A stretch of DNA of 64,000 nucleotides from Candidatus Spyradenecus sp. (lineage in GTDB: Bacteria > Verrucomicrobiota > Verrucomicrobiia > Opitutales > UBA953). The notes beneath the pieces are model-generated. The model had not been told where the DNA came from and did no database searches. It was given only the letters and a program-made list of their open reading frames with translations. The stretch covers positions 1 to 64,000 of the forward strand of contig JAZSKX010000017.1 in the NCBI GenBank assembly GCA_045535075.1, in the 5' to 3' direction. Positions 1 through 9,987 of the stretch are shown here, piece after piece. Each line of letters opens with the position of its first letter. Position 1 is the first letter of the stretch. The position numbers were made by a program, and so were the translations under genes.

Positions 1-106
1 AAAAAAATAAATCCCCCAAGAAAAACAACCAAACCGCCAAAAGCCCCAACAAAACACCCCGACACACAAAAAACAAAACGTAAACAAAAATAAATTACAA
101 TATAAA

Positions 107-523
107 CTACAAAGATACAAATCGATGATGAATAACGCGAGAGATTGAGTCGTCGCGTGCAAGATAAACTTCAACGACATCGAAACGATGCGCTCTCGGA
201 CGTTCCCGCAAAGCCTTTAAATACGCACGGATCGCGCGTTTCTGTGCTCGCCGCTTGCGTGCGTCCACCGCCGCATATCCGCCGCGCAAATCACCTTCTG
301 CGCGTGTTTTTACTTCGACAAAAACAAGGCAATTCCCTTCCAGGGCAACAATATCCACCTCATCACGCCCGTGCCGCCAATTTCGCAGGAGAATTTTCAT
401 TCCCGACCGACGTAAAAATTTTGCAGCATGGCGCTCTCCTAAGTCGCCGCGCCGCTGGCGAAGCGTTCTCTTTTCCTTTCTGAAAAGGAACGAACGCAGT
501 TTCGCCAGCCATTCCCGCCACAT
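107..523 (-). CDS. YraN/UPF0102 family endonuclease-like protein
   Basis: G.LGE..A..FL, EVDIVA, LVFVEVKTR and RFDVV motifs; abuts ruvB. Confidence 0.9.
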   Translation of the reverse strand: MWREWLAKLRSFLFRKEKRTLRQRRGDLGERHAAKFLRRSGMKILLRNWRHGRDEVDIVALEGNCLVFVEVKTRAEGDLRGGYAAVDARKRRAQKRAIRAYLKALRERPRAHRFDVVEVYLARDDSISRVIHHRFVSL

Positions 524-1585
524 TTAGAACAGACTTCCCTGCTTGCCGAAAGTGCGCTCCACGTCGCACACGCCCCAGCCTTTTTCCGTAAGCACGCGTC
601 CTTGCGGCGTGCGCGCGATGTAGCCTTCCTGAATCAAATACGGCTCGTGAACTTCCTCAAGCGTGTGCTCGTCCTCGCCGACGGCGACGCCGATGGTGCC
701 GAGCCCGACGGGACCGCCGTTGTAATTCTGTGCGAGTGTGCGCAATATGCGCTTATCCATGTCGTCCAAGCCGTGGCGGTCGATTTCGAGCAATTCGAGC
801 GCAGCGGCAGCGGTTTTTTGGTCGATAGCGCCGTTCCCGCGTTCGAGAGCATAGTCGCGTGCGAAGCGGATAAGATTGTTCACAATACGCGGTGTGCCGC
901 GCGCACGACGTGCAATTTCCATCGCGCCGCCGTCGTCCGCCGCGATGCCGAGTTTCGCGCAGTTGCGTTTGACGATTTTAAACAAATCTTCGTGAGAGTA
1001 ATAATCAAGGCGCGTTTGAAGCGTGAAACGGGAACGCATCGGTGCGGTGAGCAAGCCCGTGCGCGTCGTTGCACCGACCAGCGTAAAGCGCGGAATCGAC
1101 AGGCGGACACTGCGCGCGTTCGGACCTTGGTCAATCATGATGTCGATACGAAAATCCTCCATCGCCGAGTAAAGAAATTCTTCCACGACCTTGGAAATGC
1201 GGTGGATTTCGTCGATAAAAAGAATTTCGCCCTCTTCAAGCGCCGTGAGCAAACCCGCAAGGTCGGCAGGTTTTTCAATGACGGGACCGGAAGTAATTTT
1301 CACTTTCGTTCCCATTTCTTCGGCAAGAATCAGCGCGAGTGTGGTTTTGCCCAAGCCGGGCGGACCGTGAAGCAAAATGTGGTCGAGAGCCCGGCGTTCC
1401 CGCCGCGCCGCACCGACCATCACGCGCAGACGCTCAATCGTGCGCGGTTGCCCGGTAAAATCGTCAAAATTCGGCGGGCGCAACGCCTGATCCAGCGTCG
1501 CATCCTTGCGCGCAAGCGCGTCTTCGAAATAACTGCGCGGCTCATCGTCCGCGTATCCGTTCTGCTCTGTTTTTTTCTTCGCCAT
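524..1585 (-). CDS. ruvB: Holliday junction branch migration helicase RuvB
   Basis: LRP..F.DF.GQ, GPPGLGKTTLA, FIDEIHR, GATTR.G, RGTPR and RTPQGR motifs. Confidence 0.98.
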   Translation of the reverse strand: MAKKKTEQNGYADDEPRSYFEDALARKDATLDQALRPPNFDDFTGQPRTIERLRVMVGAARRERRALDHILLHGPPGLGKTTLALILAEEMGTKVKITSGPVIEKPADLAGLLTALEEGEILFIDEIHRISKVVEEFLYSAMEDFRIDIMIDQGPNARSVRLSIPRFTLVGATTRTGLLTAPMRSRFTLQTRLDYYSHEDLFKIVKRNCAKLGIAADDGGAMEIARRARGTPRIVNNLIRFARDYALERGNGAIDQKTAAAALELLEIDRHGLDDMDKRILRTLAQNYNGGPVGLGTIGVAVGEDEHTLEEVHEPYLIQEGYIARTPQGRVLTEKGWGVCDVERTFGKQGSLF

Positions 1586-1853
1586 CAGGAATTTTCAAGA
1601 AAGATAGCGCGTTCCCGCAGAAAAAGGAACGCGAAATTCACCCAAGCGCAGCAAAATTAAACCTGAAATTAGAAACCGAAATGCCACGACAAAATACCGA
1701 TTAATTTAATCCGGGAAGGAAAATTTTACGCCGTAAAACAGCTTGCGGGCTTAGGCGCGTTAGCGCTTGTCGGCACACGTCGCCGCCGCAAATAAAGATG
1801 CCCTTAAAATCTATTCCGGCAACGCGGCTAAAACCGCTTTGCCTATAAAAAGG

Positions 1854-1888
1854 CGTTCCCGCGAAACCTAAATCGCGGGAACGTTTTT
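1854..1888. terminator. Intrinsic terminator made of an inverted pair of the CGTTCCCGC motif
   Basis: CGTTCCCGCGA-N8-TCGCGGGAACG with A/T runs on both sides, just after the def stop. Confidence 0.7.
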
Positions 1889-1890
1889 GT

Positions 1891-2484
1891 TTAAGCTTTG
1901 GCTCGGCGAGCGGCTTTAATTTCCGCAAGCGTATCGCGCTTGAGCGATTTAAGTTTTGCCGTGTTGCGCAGGCGGTCGCGGGCTTCCATCCGATCGACAA
2001 AAACAATGCCCTGACAATGGTCGTTTTCGTGTTGTGCGCATCGGGCAAGCATTCCCGTACACTCCAAAACATGCGGGTTGCCTTCGACGTCTTGGAATTT
2101 TACACGTACGTTCTCACAACGCGCGACTTCGCCGCGAATCCCCGGGAAGGAAAGGCAGCCCTCGCGGCACAGCCACTCTTCATCGTCAAGCAATTCAATC
2201 GTCGCATTTGCAAATGCCATCGGCATGGCAAGTTGCGCGGGAACGGGCTTGCCGTCGAGCACCAATTCGAAATCCTGCTCTTCCCCTGCGGGCGGGCGCA
2301 AATCGATGACAAAAAACTGCATCGCAAGTCCGACTTGCGGCGCGGCGAGCCCGATGCCGTTGGTCGCATGCATCGTTTCCACCATATCATCGGCAAGCTG
2401 CTTGAGTGCGGCATCAAAAACCGTAACCGCGTCACCTTTTTTTCGAAGTACGGGATCGCCGTAATGAACAACCGAGAGAGTCAT
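1891..2484 (-). CDS. def: Peptide deformylase
   Basis: GIGLAAPQVG, EGCLS and QHENDH motifs; start taken at MTLSVVHYGDPVL (ATG 2484). Confidence 0.96.
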   Translation of the reverse strand: MTLSVVHYGDPVLRKKGDAVTVFDAALKQLADDMVETMHATNGIGLAAPQVGLAMQFFVIDLRPPAGEEQDFELVLDGKPVPAQLAMPMAFANATIELLDDEEWLCREGCLSFPGIRGEVARCENVRVKFQDVEGNPHVLECTGMLARCAQHENDHCQGIVFVDRMEARDRLRNTAKLKSLKRDTLAEIKAARRAKA

Positions 2485-2497
2485 GATTTTTCGGATT

Positions 2498-3529
2498 TTA
2501 TTTTTCGTTGTCGGAATCTTCTTCCTCTTCTTTTTTGTCGGAAGAAAACAGGTTGAAAACTTTTTTTGCGCCGTCGCTAATTGCCTCGCCCGTCGCTCCC
2601 GCGACATCGGTAACGGCATTCGCGGTTACTCCGGCCGCTCCGGCGGCAAATCCTGCGGCATCGGAGACGACGGATGCCGTTCCCTTGGCGGCATCGGAAA
2701 ATACGTCTGCCGTGAAATTTGCGGCATCCGAGACTGCGTCTGCGGTCGCTCCCGCGAAATCTCCGACAGCAGATCCCCGAAACAGACGAATCACGCTCAT
2801 GTAATTGCCGACCAAACGAATTCCGAATTCAAGCGGCGTCAAATCCTCGTCCAGCCCGATTCCGTCTTTGAATTCGAATGAAATCGGCGGGAACGGCGCG
2901 GAAGGCATCCCGCGGATATACGCATAAACATTAATATTTTCGATGTCGATATAGTGAGCTCCGAGGTAAATTTCTTCCGTTTCCTCCTCGCTTTCGGAAG
3001 CGGTTTTTACTTCGGATTTTGATTCTCCCGAAACTCCAAAACGCTTTTCCAGATGTGCGCGCAATTCATCGACATTCACTTTCCCGTTAAGCGTTTGCTC
3101 ATAGGAGAGATCCAAATTTTTTAATTTGAGCAAATCGATAACTTTCTTCTGCGAAAGTGCCGTCCGCACGGCAAAATCAAATTCGAGATACTCCAGGCGG
3201 AGCAAGTCGCGGGAGAAATCGGCATCGGAATTTGTAATCGGTTTCCCGACAACAAGATTTTCAACGCGCACATAGCCGCCGAAAGGATAGAGAGTAATCG
3301 AGTCAACCGAAACCTTGTCCACGCCAAGCGTCGAAGCTCCAAATTTATTGACAAGTGTTTTAGCGATCGGCCCCAGGAAAAACGCGACGATAAGGATAAT
3401 CAGCCCCGTTCCCGCCAAAAGCGCCCAAAGGATGCGTTTCAGCCAAACGCGTTTTTTCTTGGGTTGAGATTTTTTTTCTGCGGTAAGCTCCGTCCCGGAT
3501 TCCGGATTAATGTCTGATTTTTCTTCCAT
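2498..3529 (-). CDS. Membrane-anchored hypothetical protein, possibly AsmA-like N-terminal region
   Basis: Long ORF with basic patch, one TM helix, beta-rich body and an Ala-rich amphipathic C-terminal tail. Confidence 0.6.
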   Translation of the reverse strand: MEEKSDINPESGTELTAEKKSQPKKKRVWLKRILWALLAGTGLIILIVAFFLGPIAKTLVNKFGASTLGVDKVSVDSITLYPFGGYVRVENLVVGKPITNSDADFSRDLLRLEYLEFDFAVRTALSQKKVIDLLKLKNLDLSYEQTLNGKVNVDELRAHLEKRFGVSGESKSEVKTASESEEETEEIYLGAHYIDIENINVYAYIRGMPSAPFPPISFEFKDGIGLDEDLTPLEFGIRLVGNYMSVIRLFRGSAVGDFAGATADAVSDAANFTADVFSDAAKGTASVVSDAAGFAAGAAGVTANAVTDVAGATGEAISDGAKKVFNLFSSDKKEEEEDSDNEK

Positions 3530-3644
3530 GTCTTGCAAGTGAGTCTAGCAAATAAGCGTCGCACGGCAAAATAAAACCGGAGGAAATTCTCTGAAACTCT
3601 TGTTTTCTTGCGTTCGGAAACACAATTTTTATGATTACGCGCAA

Positions 3645-4259
3645 ATGGATTGCTTACCTCTTTTCGCTTCACTAACCGAGCGCGTTCCCGCGTGGTGGAA
3701 CGCCCTGAATTGGGACATACAAATTTTTTATGCCGTCGGCGGAATCGCCTTTCTCATCGTCATCATCCAAGCATTACTGACTCTAATCGGGCTTGGCGAC
3801 GGAGCCGATCTTCCCGACGATATTGCGCCGGACGGCGACGTCTCGCACGATCTCGGGCTCGGCTTGATTTCCGTACGCACGCTCACGGCGTTTTTTATGG
3901 GCTTCGGGCTAACGGGCGGGCTGATGCTCGAAAACGGACACACGTTCCCGTGGGCGCTGGGAGCTGCCGCACTTGTCGGCTTCGCGTTCATGCTGGTTAT
4001 TTTCTGGATCATGAAAATGCTTTACGGTCTGCGCGCCTCGGGGAACATCCAACCCGCATCGGCAAAAGGCTCGACAGGAACCGTCTATGTCGCGCTCCCG
4101 CCGAATCGTGTCGCCGGCGGGCAAGTGGAATTGCTCGTTAGCGGGCGCCTTATGACTCTTCCTGCGATTACTTCGTCGGCGGATAAAATTCCCGCGGGAA
4201 CGCTCGTCCGCGTCCTCGAAGTGCTTCCGTCCAACATTCTTCTCGTCGAACCGGCTTAA
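3645..4259 (+). CDS. NfeD-like membrane protein
   Basis: Three hydrophobic segments plus C-terminal OB-like region (GTVYV.LP..GQV); directly upstream of a flotillin gene. Confidence 0.85.
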   Translation: MDCLPLFASLTERVPAWWNALNWDIQIFYAVGGIAFLIVIIQALLTLIGLGDGADLPDDIAPDGDVSHDLGLGLISVRTLTAFFMGFGLTGGLMLENGHTFPWALGAAALVGFAFMLVIFWIMKMLYGLRASGNIQPASAKGSTGTVYVALPPNRVAGGQVELLVSGRLMTLPAITSSADKIPAGTLVRVLEVLPSNILLVEPA

Positions 4260-4303
4260 ATCCGGTCGTTCCCGTAAATTTAATTGTAAATCAAACAAGC
4301 ATT

Positions 4304-5761
4304 ATGACCATCTACATCGGTATCGGAATTGTCATCCTCATTCTCACCACGTTTTTTGCGTTTTCGGCGCGCTACAAACGTTGTCCGTCCGACAGAATTC
4401 TCGTTGTTTACGGGAAAATCGAAGGCGGGCGTTCCGCTAAGTGCCTTCACGGCGGCGGCACGTTTATTTGGCCGATTGTCCAAGATTTTCAATATTTGGA
4501 TTTAACGCCGCTTCCGATTGATATTCGTCTCGAAGGAGCGCTTTCTAAACAAAATATCCGCGTGAACACGCCGTCAACGTTTACGGTCGGGATTTCAACC
4601 GAACCGGGCGTGATGGAAAATGCAGCCGAACGCCTGCTCGGGCTCGGGCTCGCCGAAATTAAAGATCTCGCCAAGGACATTATTTTCGGGCAAATGCGTG
4701 TCGTGTTGGCAACGATGGATATTGAAGAAATCAATGCCGACCGCGACAAACTCATTGCCAACATCTCCGGCGGCGTCGAAGTTGAATTGCGCAAAGTCGG
4801 GCTTCGTCTGATTAACGTTAACATTCAGGACATTACGGATGCTTCCGGCTACATCGACGCGCTCGGTCAGGAAGCAGCGTCCAAAGCAATCAACGAAGCG
4901 AAAGTCAAAGTCGCTCAAGCGCAACGCGACGGGGAAATCGGCGCAGCCGAAGCGCGTAAAGACCAGGCGATCCGCGTTGCCGCGGCGCAGGCAGAAGCGA
5001 CAAAAGGAGAGAATTTAGCGGCGATTGAAGTTGCCAACTCCAATGCGGATCGCCGCACGAAAGAAGCAGAGGCCAATCGCCTCGCAACGGCGGCGGAAAA
5101 AGTTGCTGCAGCAAAAGCGCTTGAAGAATCCTATGTCGCCGAAGCGGAAGCGGAAAAGCAACGTGCTTCCCGCGAAAAAGCCTCACAGGAAGCCAACATC
5201 ATCGTTCCCGCGGAAATCGACAAGCAGCGCATCATCGTCGAAGCGGAAGCCGAAGCGGAAAAAGTCCGCCGCACGCAACTCGGGGAAGCCGATGCCGTGC
5301 GTTACATGAAGCAAGCGGAAGCGGACGGGATTCGCTCCGTCAAAGAAGCCGAAGCCGCCGGCTTGCGCATGCAACTGCTCGCAGAAGCAGAAGGGACGGA
5401 AGCGCTTCTCACCAAAAAGGCAAAAGGCTTCGGCGATATTATTGCCGCCTGCCAAACACCCGAAGGCGCACAAAACCTTCTCCTCGTCGAACAACTCCCG
5501 ACAATCGTCGCCGAGCAGGTCAAAGCCATTTCAAATCTCAAAATCGACAAAATCACGGTTTGGGATTCCGGCAAAGGAGCCGACGGGAACGGCAAAGGGT
5601 CAACAGCCAACTTCCTTTCCGGCTTGGTTGGATCACTTCCGCCCTTGCACGAACTTGCAGGCAACGTCGGCGTCAAGCTTCCCGGATATCTCGGATCGCC
5701 CGAAGGAAAGCCCTCCGCGAGCCAAGCGGAAACATCCGAACCGGCTTCCGCGACAAAATAA
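4304..5761 (+). CDS. Flotillin/SPFH family protein
   Basis: N-terminal TM, GGGTFIWP SPFH domain, AEA-rich coiled coil, IDKITVWDSG tail. Confidence 0.95.
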   Translation: MTIYIGIGIVILILTTFFAFSARYKRCPSDRILVVYGKIEGGRSAKCLHGGGTFIWPIVQDFQYLDLTPLPIDIRLEGALSKQNIRVNTPSTFTVGISTEPGVMENAAERLLGLGLAEIKDLAKDIIFGQMRVVLATMDIEEINADRDKLIANISGGVEVELRKVGLRLINVNIQDITDASGYIDALGQEAASKAINEAKVKVAQAQRDGEIGAAEARKDQAIRVAAAQAEATKGENLAAIEVANSNADRRTKEAEANRLATAAEKVAAAKALEESYVAEAEAEKQRASREKASQEANIIVPAEIDKQRIIVEAEAEAEKVRRTQLGEADAVRYMKQAEADGIRSVKEAEAAGLRMQLLAEAEGTEALLTKKAKGFGDIIAACQTPEGAQNLLLVEQLPTIVAEQVKAISNLKIDKITVWDSGKGADGNGKGSTANFLSGLVGSLPPLHELAGNVGVKLPGYLGSPEGKPSASQAETSEPASATK

Positions 5762-5772
5762 TCCTCCGTTAT

Positions 5773-5832
5773 TTCCTAAAACAAAACGTTCCCGTGATTT
5801 ACTCACGGGAACGTTTTGTTTATTCCGAGAAA
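5773..5832. repeat. Direct repeat copy 1 flanking the TA module; contains a bidirectional terminator hairpin
   Basis: TTCCTAAAACAAAACGTTCCCGTGATTTACTCACGGGAACGTTTTGTTTATTCCGAGAAA, near-identical to 6531-6588. Confidence 0.9.
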
Positions 5833-5835
5833 GTC

Positions 5836-6126
5836 TCAAGCGCAAACTTTTAGACGCATCCCCAACGCATTAGAGACTCGTGCCGCCGTTCGAAACGTAA
5901 GACTCGAGTTTTGCGGGCTGATTACGCGAGAAACCGTCGCTCTCGTCGTGTTCATTCTACGCGCAAGCATCGCAATGCTAATATTATCCCGCTTCATTTT
6001 TTCTCGCCACTCCTGCGCCAGCACTTTGCAGAGTGCGGCGGCGTCAACCTCCTCACGAATGCTCTCTTCGTCGAGAAAATCTTCAAGTGAGCTTCCCACG
6101 TGTTTATTGCATTTATTTTTCTTCAT
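5836..6126 (-). CDS. XRE/HTH antitoxin
   Basis: HVGSSLEDFLDEE N-terminus and HTH (SIAMLARRMNTTRATVSR); overlaps the toxin gene 3' end. Confidence 0.85.
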   Translation of the reverse strand: MKKNKCNKHVGSSLEDFLDEESIREEVDAAALCKVLAQEWREKMKRDNISIAMLARRMNTTRATVSRVISPQNSSLTFRTAARVSNALGMRLKVCA

Positions 6127-6466
6127 TTTTCAGATCCTCAAATCGTTTTAATGCGGTTTCCAAATCTTGTCTCGGTGTCTGACGCGTCTTCTTAATAAAT
6201 CCGTGCAGCAACACGATTCTTTCGTCAAAATACACAAACAAAATACGGGAAATGCGATTCGGTAAAACAGAACGAATCTCAAAAATTCCGGAAGATAAAT
6301 GTCGCACCGTCGGCATTCCGAGAGGATAACGCCACTGAACCGCACGCAGATCCGATCCGATGATTCTTTTTTCGGTTTGCGTCAACGAGTTCAGCATTTC
6401 CCGCACCGGTTCTTTTCCGCTCCCGGAGCGATAAAACCTAACTTCGATTTCCTCTCCGTATTTCAT
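6113..6466 (-). CDS. RelE/HigB-like (Gp49/DUF891-type) toxin
   Basis: FYRS.SG.EPV, GMP.VR.L..GIFEIR and LLHGFIKKT..TP motifs; toxin-first order. Confidence 0.88.
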   Translation of the reverse strand: MKYGEEIEVRFYRSGSGKEPVREMLNSLTQTEKRIIGSDLRAVQWRYPLGMPTVRHLSSGIFEIRSVLPNRISRILFVYFDERIVLLHGFIKKTRQTPRQDLETALKRFEDLKNEEK

Positions 6467-6530
6467 TCTCCATTACCTGTATTAAAAATGATACAGGCAT
6501 TCAAGAATAATAAAATCCGACCTCATATCC

Positions 6531-6588
6531 TTCCTAAAACAAAACGTTCCCGCGATTTACTCACGGGAACGTTTTTTATTCCGAGAAA
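6531..6588. repeat. Direct repeat copy 2 flanking the TA module; contains a terminator hairpin
   Basis: Near-identical to 5773-5832. Confidence 0.9.
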
Positions 6589-6598
6589 CTCCGTACGG

Positions 6599-7891
6599 CT
6601 ACGCGCCGCGCCCAATCGAAGAATATTCGACTCCGGCGGCGACCATCGCTTCCGGCGGGAAGCAGTTGCGCCCGTCGAAAACCACCGGGATTTTCATCAA
6701 CGCGCGGAAGCCTGCAGGCGGGAACGCCTTCACTTCCTGCCATTCCGTGAAGATGAAGCAGACATCCGCATCTTTCAGCGCCTCTTCGATTGTGTCGCAA
6801 TACGTAATACCTTCCGGGAAAACCTTGCGGAAATTCTTCGCGCCGACCGGATCCCACGCAAAAATATTTGCGCCGTCGTCCAACAAAATCGGGACATTCG
6901 TCAACGCCGGGCCGTCGCGCAAGTCGTCCGTTCCCGGCTTAAAGGTTAAGCCGAGAATTGCGACTTTCTTTCCCGCGAAGCTTTCAAAATATTTACGCGA
7001 TTTTTTCAGTAATTTCAGCTTTTGGTTTTCGTTCACGTCAATTGCCGCCTTGACTGTTTTTAATTCACAATCGTGGAAATTCGCAAGCCAGTGAAGCGCT
7101 TTCGTGTCTTTCGGGAAACAGCTTCCGCCGTAGCCGATTCCCGCATTCAAGAAGCGGTTGCCGATACGCACGTCATAGCTCATTCCGCTCGCGACATCGT
7201 CGATATTCGCACCGACGATTTCACAAATATTCGCAATTTCGTTGATGTAAGAAATCTTCAGCGCCAAAAAGTCGTTCGACGCGTATTTGACCATTTCCGC
7301 GCTCCGGCGATTCATCACCAGCACGGGAGCGTTGAAGCCCGCGTACATCTCGCGAATCTTTGCCGCCGCCGCAGGATTTTCCGCACCGATGACAATGCGA
7401 TTCGGGTGAAGCGTGTCGCGCACCGCCGTCCCCTGCGCCAAAAATTCCGGATTCGATACCACGTCAATTTTCACGTTGTGCTTGAGATGCTGACGCAAGC
7501 GTAGCTCCACCTTGTCGTTCGTCCCGATCGGAACCGTCGATTTGATGATGACAACACAATCGCGCTCCGCCGTTGCCGCAATTTCGTCAACCACCGCATA
7601 AAGATAAGTAAGGTTTGCCGAACCGTCTTTTTTCTCCGGCGTCCCGACTCCGATAATAATGACTTCCGCATCGCGGTACGCCGCCGCACAATCCGTCATA
7701 AACGTCAGCCGCTCGCGGTTCTTGACGAGCAACTCGTCTAAGCCGTCTTCATAAATCGGCGATTTTCCCGCATTGAGCATCGCAATTTTATCAGCGACGA
7801 CATCGACGCAAGTTACATTATGCCCGTATTCGGCAAGGCAAACGCCCGTCACCAAACCCACATAACCCGTTCCCGCAACCGTAATCTTCAT
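6599..7891 (-). CDS. ugd: UDP-glucose 6-dehydrogenase
   Basis: GTGYVG, KSTVP.GT, NPEFL, GYGGSCFPKD and FKPGTDDLR motifs; alternative start at 7903. Confidence 0.95.
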   Translation of the reverse strand: MKITVAGTGYVGLVTGVCLAEYGHNVTCVDVVADKIAMLNAGKSPIYEDGLDELLVKNRERLTFMTDCAAAYRDAEVIIIGVGTPEKKDGSANLTYLYAVVDEIAATAERDCVVIIKSTVPIGTNDKVELRLRQHLKHNVKIDVVSNPEFLAQGTAVRDTLHPNRIVIGAENPAAAAKIREMYAGFNAPVLVMNRRSAEMVKYASNDFLALKISYINEIANICEIVGANIDDVASGMSYDVRIGNRFLNAGIGYGGSCFPKDTKALHWLANFHDCELKTVKAAIDVNENQKLKLLKKSRKYFESFAGKKVAILGLTFKPGTDDLRDGPALTNVPILLDDGANIFAWDPVGAKNFRKVFPEGITYCDTIEEALKDADVCFIFTEWQEVKAFPPAGFRALMKIPVVFDGRNCFPPEAMVAAGVEYSSIGRGA

Positions 7892-8049
7892 AGCAACGTC
7901 CATTCTAACGCACCGATTAAAAGAAAAAAAGGATTTAAAACGCTTTCTCGGACTAATTTCTGCGGAAACGACTGAAATCAAAATCAGTTTGCCGTGCTTA
8001 CGTCTTAACCCCGATTTTTCAATGATTTCTCAGCGTTCCCGCAAAACAA

Positions 8050-9897
8050 TCAGGATTTATTTCGCTTAAAACTCAAAATCCGCCCAAGCCTCCGGCGACA
8101 ACTAAGATCATCGCGAATCGACAATAAAACAAGATGCTCCAACGCAGGCTTTCGGCTTACAAAGTCGATAATATAGGTGAGCCTATTTTCCCCTTGGTGA
8201 TTTTTATCCTCTTCCCGGCTGATTTCCACTTTAACGACGGACTCATCAAAAAAAACGCTCATCGATTCTTTTCCGGCGTTTATTACGACATGATCCCGTT
8301 TCACTAAAGGCTTGTGCGGCGTGAGTAGTCTGTCAATGAAAGCAGACGGCTCATTGAAACAGCAATAATCTTTCAGAAAAACCGCATTATTTTGTCGATC
8401 GAAACGAATTTGTCTCGTCAGCTGATTCAGCTCGGGAGCGTCATAAGCGCCGGCAATATCCGCAGTAAGTCCGTCTTTTGTAATCACAACATTCCTCGCA
8501 GCAAATTTCGTTCCCGCCGATTGATATTTTCCGTTTACGATAGGAACTCCGTGTCCTCTCGAACTGCAACAGAAAATCTTTTCATATCGCTCCGGAGAAA
8601 AATAAGACTGATTGTATTCTCCGCCTCCGATATCTGCGATAATCGTCTCTCCGTTTTTAAATATCTGAAACACGCCGACATCATTGTGATTATGAGGCTC
8701 GCCGTTGTGTCCCGCCTTCGCCGCAATTCCGACATTCCCGTCGTTTGACGACGCAATATACCACTGCGCATCAGGGAAAACATGTGTCCCGTAGCATTCG
8801 GCTATATTATTTTCAACAGCGTCTGCAGCCCAAGCAATCTGCCTGACACCAAAGGCAAAGCGGAAGCATCCCGTTTTCGAATAACGAAGACGCATGTATT
8901 TCAGAGGCGGGATCGTCGACTCCGAATAAAGCTTGTTGAACAAGTTCATGGTCCCCAAGGAAAAATACGCATTTACCGGAGCATCAGAGAAACTGACAAT
9001 CCTTCCGCCCTTGAAGAAACACTTCCGGTAGAACATTGCAACGCTCCGCACCTTTGAGTCGTTAAACAGGTTGATTTCCCCGTCCGTCAAGCGAAGAAGC
9101 ATCTCCGCAAACGCAGAAAAATATCCGAATCCGTAGCTCCAATAGCCGAGACCTTCGAGACAAGCCCCGTCGTCCGAAAACCCGGAAAGATAATTTTTCA
9201 TGCAGGATAAAACCATGTTTATGATTTCAGTCAATCGGCGATTATCTTCGACTTGATATATCGCCGCCATTCCGATTGCGCCCGAGCAGACAGCCGCCCA
9301 GTTGTTGTTCCCGCGCTTCCAATGGAAACTCTCTCCGAGTCTGTCGAAAATCCGCTCTTTCACGAGAGACTTCACCCGCGCTACAATAATCGGGTGCAGT
9401 TTGTCGCCGAGCAACGCAAGCGTTTCCGCAAGAGCATGAGCCGTCTCCGCCGCAAAGAGATCCACCATGTAGCCATCCGACTGCAATACGGAAAGACCTT
9501 TTTTCTGCAAGTGAGCGGGAAGCGCCCATGTGTATTCATCCGCAATCGCCCATATGACATCCTCAAGCGCACAAATGTCTTCCCGCCTCCCGTAAAGCCA
9601 CGCCAGCAACGCAAACGTAAGCAAACGCTTTCTCCTCGGGAAATAACCGTTTTTACCAAACTCAAATTCACTCCTGTTCCCGTCTCCCGGAGTCTCAAAA
9701 CGGCGAAACGCCGAAAAAGGCAAAACCGTCAACGCTTCGCCTCTAAGCTTCTCCCCTTCTTCCTTGAGTGTTCTGAAATACTCCTTAAGGCAAGGATTGT
9801 TTAACGCCTTTTCCTTAACTTCATCCGTAAAACAAGCCTTCGCACGAGGCGACTTCTCTAAAACATCCAAAATTTCGACGACGGAATAATCTTTCAT
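8050..9897 (-). CDS. Heparinase II/III family (polysaccharide lyase-like) protein
   Basis: NNW.AVC, DGACLEG.GYWSYG and HNHNDVG.F motifs; no signal peptide seen. Confidence 0.8.
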   Translation of the reverse strand: MKDYSVVEILDVLEKSPRAKACFTDEVKEKALNNPCLKEYFRTLKEEGEKLRGEALTVLPFSAFRRFETPGDGNRSEFEFGKNGYFPRRKRLLTFALLAWLYGRREDICALEDVIWAIADEYTWALPAHLQKKGLSVLQSDGYMVDLFAAETAHALAETLALLGDKLHPIIVARVKSLVKERIFDRLGESFHWKRGNNNWAAVCSGAIGMAAIYQVEDNRRLTEIINMVLSCMKNYLSGFSDDGACLEGLGYWSYGFGYFSAFAEMLLRLTDGEINLFNDSKVRSVAMFYRKCFFKGGRIVSFSDAPVNAYFSLGTMNLFNKLYSESTIPPLKYMRLRYSKTGCFRFAFGVRQIAWAADAVENNIAECYGTHVFPDAQWYIASSNDGNVGIAAKAGHNGEPHNHNDVGVFQIFKNGETIIADIGGGEYNQSYFSPERYEKIFCCSSRGHGVPIVNGKYQSAGTKFAARNVVITKDGLTADIAGAYDAPELNQLTRQIRFDRQNNAVFLKDYCCFNEPSAFIDRLLTPHKPLVKRDHVVINAGKESMSVFFDESVVKVEISREEDKNHQGENRLTYIIDFVSRKPALEHLVLLSIRDDLSCRRRLGRILSFKRNKS

Positions 9898-9987
9898 TTG
9901 CTCCTCCGGCTCGACTGATTTTTACCAACGATTTCCCGGCGTTCCCGCAACACACGGGAACGCCGGCAAGCCTTATTCTCCCGAAGC

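Noticed and set aside
1..106. A/C-rich stretch with very little G
   Set aside because: No repeat unit or ORF and it lies at the window edge; most likely low-quality contig-end sequence.
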